64,000 nt of DNA, taken from assembly GCF_049537125.1 (NCBI RefSeq), contig NZ_JBMVQY010000003.1, positions 323,128 through 387,127 on the forward strand. Direction: 5' to 3'. Numbering within the stretch: the first letter of the stretch is position 1; each line of letters opens with the position of its first letter. The notes beneath the pieces were generated by a model, which saw nothing but the letters and a program-made list of their open reading frames with translations, was not told the origin of the DNA and ran no database searches. Source of the DNA: Limisphaera sp. VF-2. GTDB taxonomy: Bacteria > Verrucomicrobiota > Verrucomicrobiia > Limisphaerales > Limisphaeraceae. Made by a program: the position numbers and the translations under genes. This document shows positions 61,748 to 64,000 of this stretch, in pieces.

Positions 61748-63400
61748 ATGACCGAGCATCAACCCCTGGTCTTTAAATTCGCTTCCGAGGATTGGGAATT
61801 TGAGGCCATCCACCGGCTGAACTATCAGACGTTCGTGGAGGAGATCCCGCAGCACGAACGCTCCCCATCCCAGCGGCTGGTGGACAAGTTCCATCACGAA
61901 AACACCTATCTGATTTGCTTGTGCGGACGGCAGTTGGCCGGGATGCTGGCTGTGCGGGGGAACCGCCCGTTCTCCCTGGATCAGAAGCTGCCCAACTTGG
62001 ACAGCTACCTGCCGCCCGGCCGCCGGATCTGCGAGGTGCGTTTGCTGGCCATCGACAAAAAGTTCCGGGGCACTCGGGGCGGTCAGATCCTGGCGGGTAT
62101 GCTGGCGTTGCTCTGGCAGCACGGGATCGAAAAGGGTTACGACCTGGCCATCATTTCCGGCACCACCCGGCAGCGGAAACTCTATCAACACCTGGGCTTT
62201 GTGCCCTTCGGACCCCTGGTGGGCTCTGGCGAGGCCCAGTTCCAGCCCATGTACATCACGCTGGAGACCTTCGAAGTGCGCGCCCGGGAGTTTTTGCGGA
62301 ACGCACCTGCGCGGTCGTTCCATCCCTCGGCCGCCAACTTCCTGCCCGGCCCGGTGGCGGTCCGACGCGAGGTCCGGCGGGCGTTTGAACAGGCACCGGA
62401 ATCGCATCGCAGTCCGGTGTTCATGATGGATTTTCAGGCAGCGCGCCGGTGTCTGTGCGAGCTGACCGGGGCGGCCCACTGCCAGTTGATGGTCGGGTCG
62501 GGGACCCTGGCCAATGACGCAGTTGCCGCGCAATTGAGCCTGGAGGGCGGCCGGGGGCTGGTGCTCAGCAATGGCGAATTCGGGACGCGTCTCGTGGATC
62601 ACGCGCGTCGTTGGGGGCTGGCCTTTGAATCCTGCGAGTTTGAATGGGGTGCGGCCCTGGATCTGGCGGAGGTTCGTCGGCGACTCGAACGGGCGCCGGG
62701 CTTCCAGTGGCTCTGGGCGGTGCATTGCGAGACCTCCACGGGCGTGCTGAACGATCTGGAAGCGCTGAAAGCCCTGGCGGCGGAGTTCGGTCTCAAGCTG
62801 TGCCTGGACTGCATCAGCTCGTTGGGCACCGTGCCGGTGAACCTTCAGGGGGTTTACCTGGCCACGGGCGCCAGCGGCAAGGGACTGCGCGGTTATCCGG
62901 GCCTCTGCATGGTGTTCCATCATCACGAACTGGCGCCGGCCCCGGACCGATTGCCGCGCTACCTCGACCTCGGCTACTACGCGAGTCAGCACGGCGTGCC
63001 GTTTACCTTCTCTTCCAACCTGTTGCATGCCCTGCACGCGGCCATCCGGCACGTGGATTGGGATCGACGGTTTGCCACTGTGGCCGAGTTGGGCGCCGAA
63101 TTGCGCCAGCGGTTGCGCGAAGCCGGGTTCCGCGTCCTGGCTGCGGAAAACGTCGCCGCGCCCGCGGTGGTGACGGTGGTGCTGCCGCCCGAACAGTCCT
63201 CCGTGGAACTGGGGCAGCGCATGGAGGAAAACGGATTCCTCCTCAGCTACAACAGCGAGTACCTGCGCAAACGAAACTGGATCCAGATCGCTCTGATGGG
63301 CGAGTGCACGCGGGAGAAGATGCTTGCTCTCGTCAACGTGTTGAAGCGGGTCGCCGGCCGCCAACCGGTCCGGGCCGAGGCCACGGCCGCGACGGTTTAG
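61748..63400 (+). CDS. Fusion protein: N-terminal GNAT-type N-acyltransferase (N-acyl amino acid synthase / OlsB-like) plus C-terminal class V (AGXT-type) aminotransferase
   Basis: N-terminus: FKFASEDWEFEAIHRLNYQTFVEEIPQHER...ICEVRLLAIDKKFRGTRGGQILAGMLALLWQHGIEKGYDLAIISGTTRQRKLYQHLGFVPFG. C-terminus: ...MVGSGTLANDAVAAQLS...AVHCETSTGVLNDL...YLATGASGKGLRGYPGLCMV (putative PLP lysine in SGKGL).... Confidence 0.8.
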   Translation: MTEHQPLVFKFASEDWEFEAIHRLNYQTFVEEIPQHERSPSQRLVDKFHHENTYLICLCGRQLAGMLAVRGNRPFSLDQKLPNLDSYLPPGRRICEVRLLAIDKKFRGTRGGQILAGMLALLWQHGIEKGYDLAIISGTTRQRKLYQHLGFVPFGPLVGSGEAQFQPMYITLETFEVRAREFLRNAPARSFHPSAANFLPGPVAVRREVRRAFEQAPESHRSPVFMMDFQAARRCLCELTGAAHCQLMVGSGTLANDAVAAQLSLEGGRGLVLSNGEFGTRLVDHARRWGLAFESCEFEWGAALDLAEVRRRLERAPGFQWLWAVHCETSTGVLNDLEALKALAAEFGLKLCLDCISSLGTVPVNLQGVYLATGASGKGLRGYPGLCMVFHHHELAPAPDRLPRYLDLGYYASQHGVPFTFSSNLLHALHAAIRHVDWDRRFATVAELGAELRQRLREAGFRVLAAENVAAPAVVTVVLPPEQSSVELGQRMEENGFLLSYNSEYLRKRNWIQIALMGECTREKMLALVNVLKRVAGRQPVRAEATAATV

Positions 63401-64000
63401 CCCCCGGCAGCGCGGGGCCCGCGCAGCGTTCGCCTGCGGAACAAACAGCTGCTGGTTTCCACCGCGCCCCTGGAAACTGTCGGCTCGGCGGTTCCGACGG
63501 TTGGTGCAGCGGCGCCTTGTCGCAGGGTTTCAGGTTGTGTCGAGCGACGGCGCCCGGGGTTGGGATCGGCTGCGGCAAGATGCCTTCCCGACCCTGGCAG
63601 TTTGGACCGCTGGCCCAATGGTCCGGGCGGTGCGCGCCTTTTGCCCTGCCGTGGGTTTTGCCTCCACGGGGCGCGGAAGGTACCAGCGGGGCAGCGTCTC
63701 GGGCAACCGGACGGTCTCGCTGCTGGATGAATGGTGGCGTTTCCGGCGCGCCCCATGTTGCCACGTCGGGGCGAGACCTCGCCAGCCCAGGACAACGTCC
63801 CAAGCAGCGGAAAACCCCGATCCATCCCGCCCGGAGGGGCGGAACTCGGTGGGAGGACGTCCGGCCCCCGGATGAGGGGCCTTGGGTTGCGCCTTCTCAG
63901 GGCGCGGTGGGGTCTGGGGGACCAAGTTCCCGCGGCGTTGCTCCGGGCTGACGGACGGGACGCGCCGTCGGCGTGGACGGTCCCGTGCGATTCGTGGACA

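Noticed and set aside
60241-61776. 511-aa plus-strand ORF running from the fusA-plsY intergenic region through plsY in another frame
   Set aside because: Arg/Gly/Pro-rich and overlaps genuine plsY out of frame. The region is better explained as structured non-coding DNA plus plsY.

Overview
High-GC (~65%) bacterial chromosomal segment. My guess is Verrucomicrobiota-like, based on the EF-Tu/RpoB context and a lamin-tail + CotH giant protein; this is inference only. Coordinates for internal start codons were derived from the supplied ORF track by residue counting, so most starts are uncertain by a few codons.

The backbone is conserved housekeeping:
- rsgA, partial at the window edge.
- An isolated rpsJ-rplC-rplD-rplW block on the minus strand.
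- trpF, pyrR-pyrB, pncB and pncA, argF, and an orphan tolC.
- A long co-linear plus-strand block: tRNA-Thr, tuf, tRNA-Trp, tRNA-Ser, secE-nusG, rplKAJL, rpoBC, rpsL-rpsG-fusA, then plsY.

Accessory and unusual content:
1. A composite GC-rich hairpin repeat family (GTT-loop palindromes GGGGCGTTGCCCC) in tandem arrays at three loci. Two of these flank the truncated S10 block; the third sits between pncB and pncA.
2. Two paralogous three-gene cassettes. Each encodes an exported C-terminally anchored ~370-aa protein, a small CxC membrane protein (tentatively MauE/DoxX-like), and a large polytopic GT-C-like membrane protein. In one cassette an ArnC/DPM1-like GT2 domain is fused to the N-terminus of the GT-C-like protein. 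I regard this as the best candidate for an undescribed glycosylation system.
3. A 1.7-kaa secreted CotH-kinase protein with four lamin-tail domains.
4. An NfeD-flotillin-PLDc_N operon.
5. A long-form U32 peptidase coupled to an ExoA-like GT2.
6. A NavAb-like voltage-gated Na+ channel.
7. Two AT-rich patches, each carrying a small Cys-rich secreted ORF. One sits behind a T16 homopolymer next to a perfect TTGACA.
8. A GNAT/N-acyl-amino-acid-synthase-like domain fused to a class V aminotransferase, next to plsY.
9. A ~950-bp highly structured intergenic region after fusA.

Many very long antisense ORFs in the track are GC-rich artefacts and were rejected.
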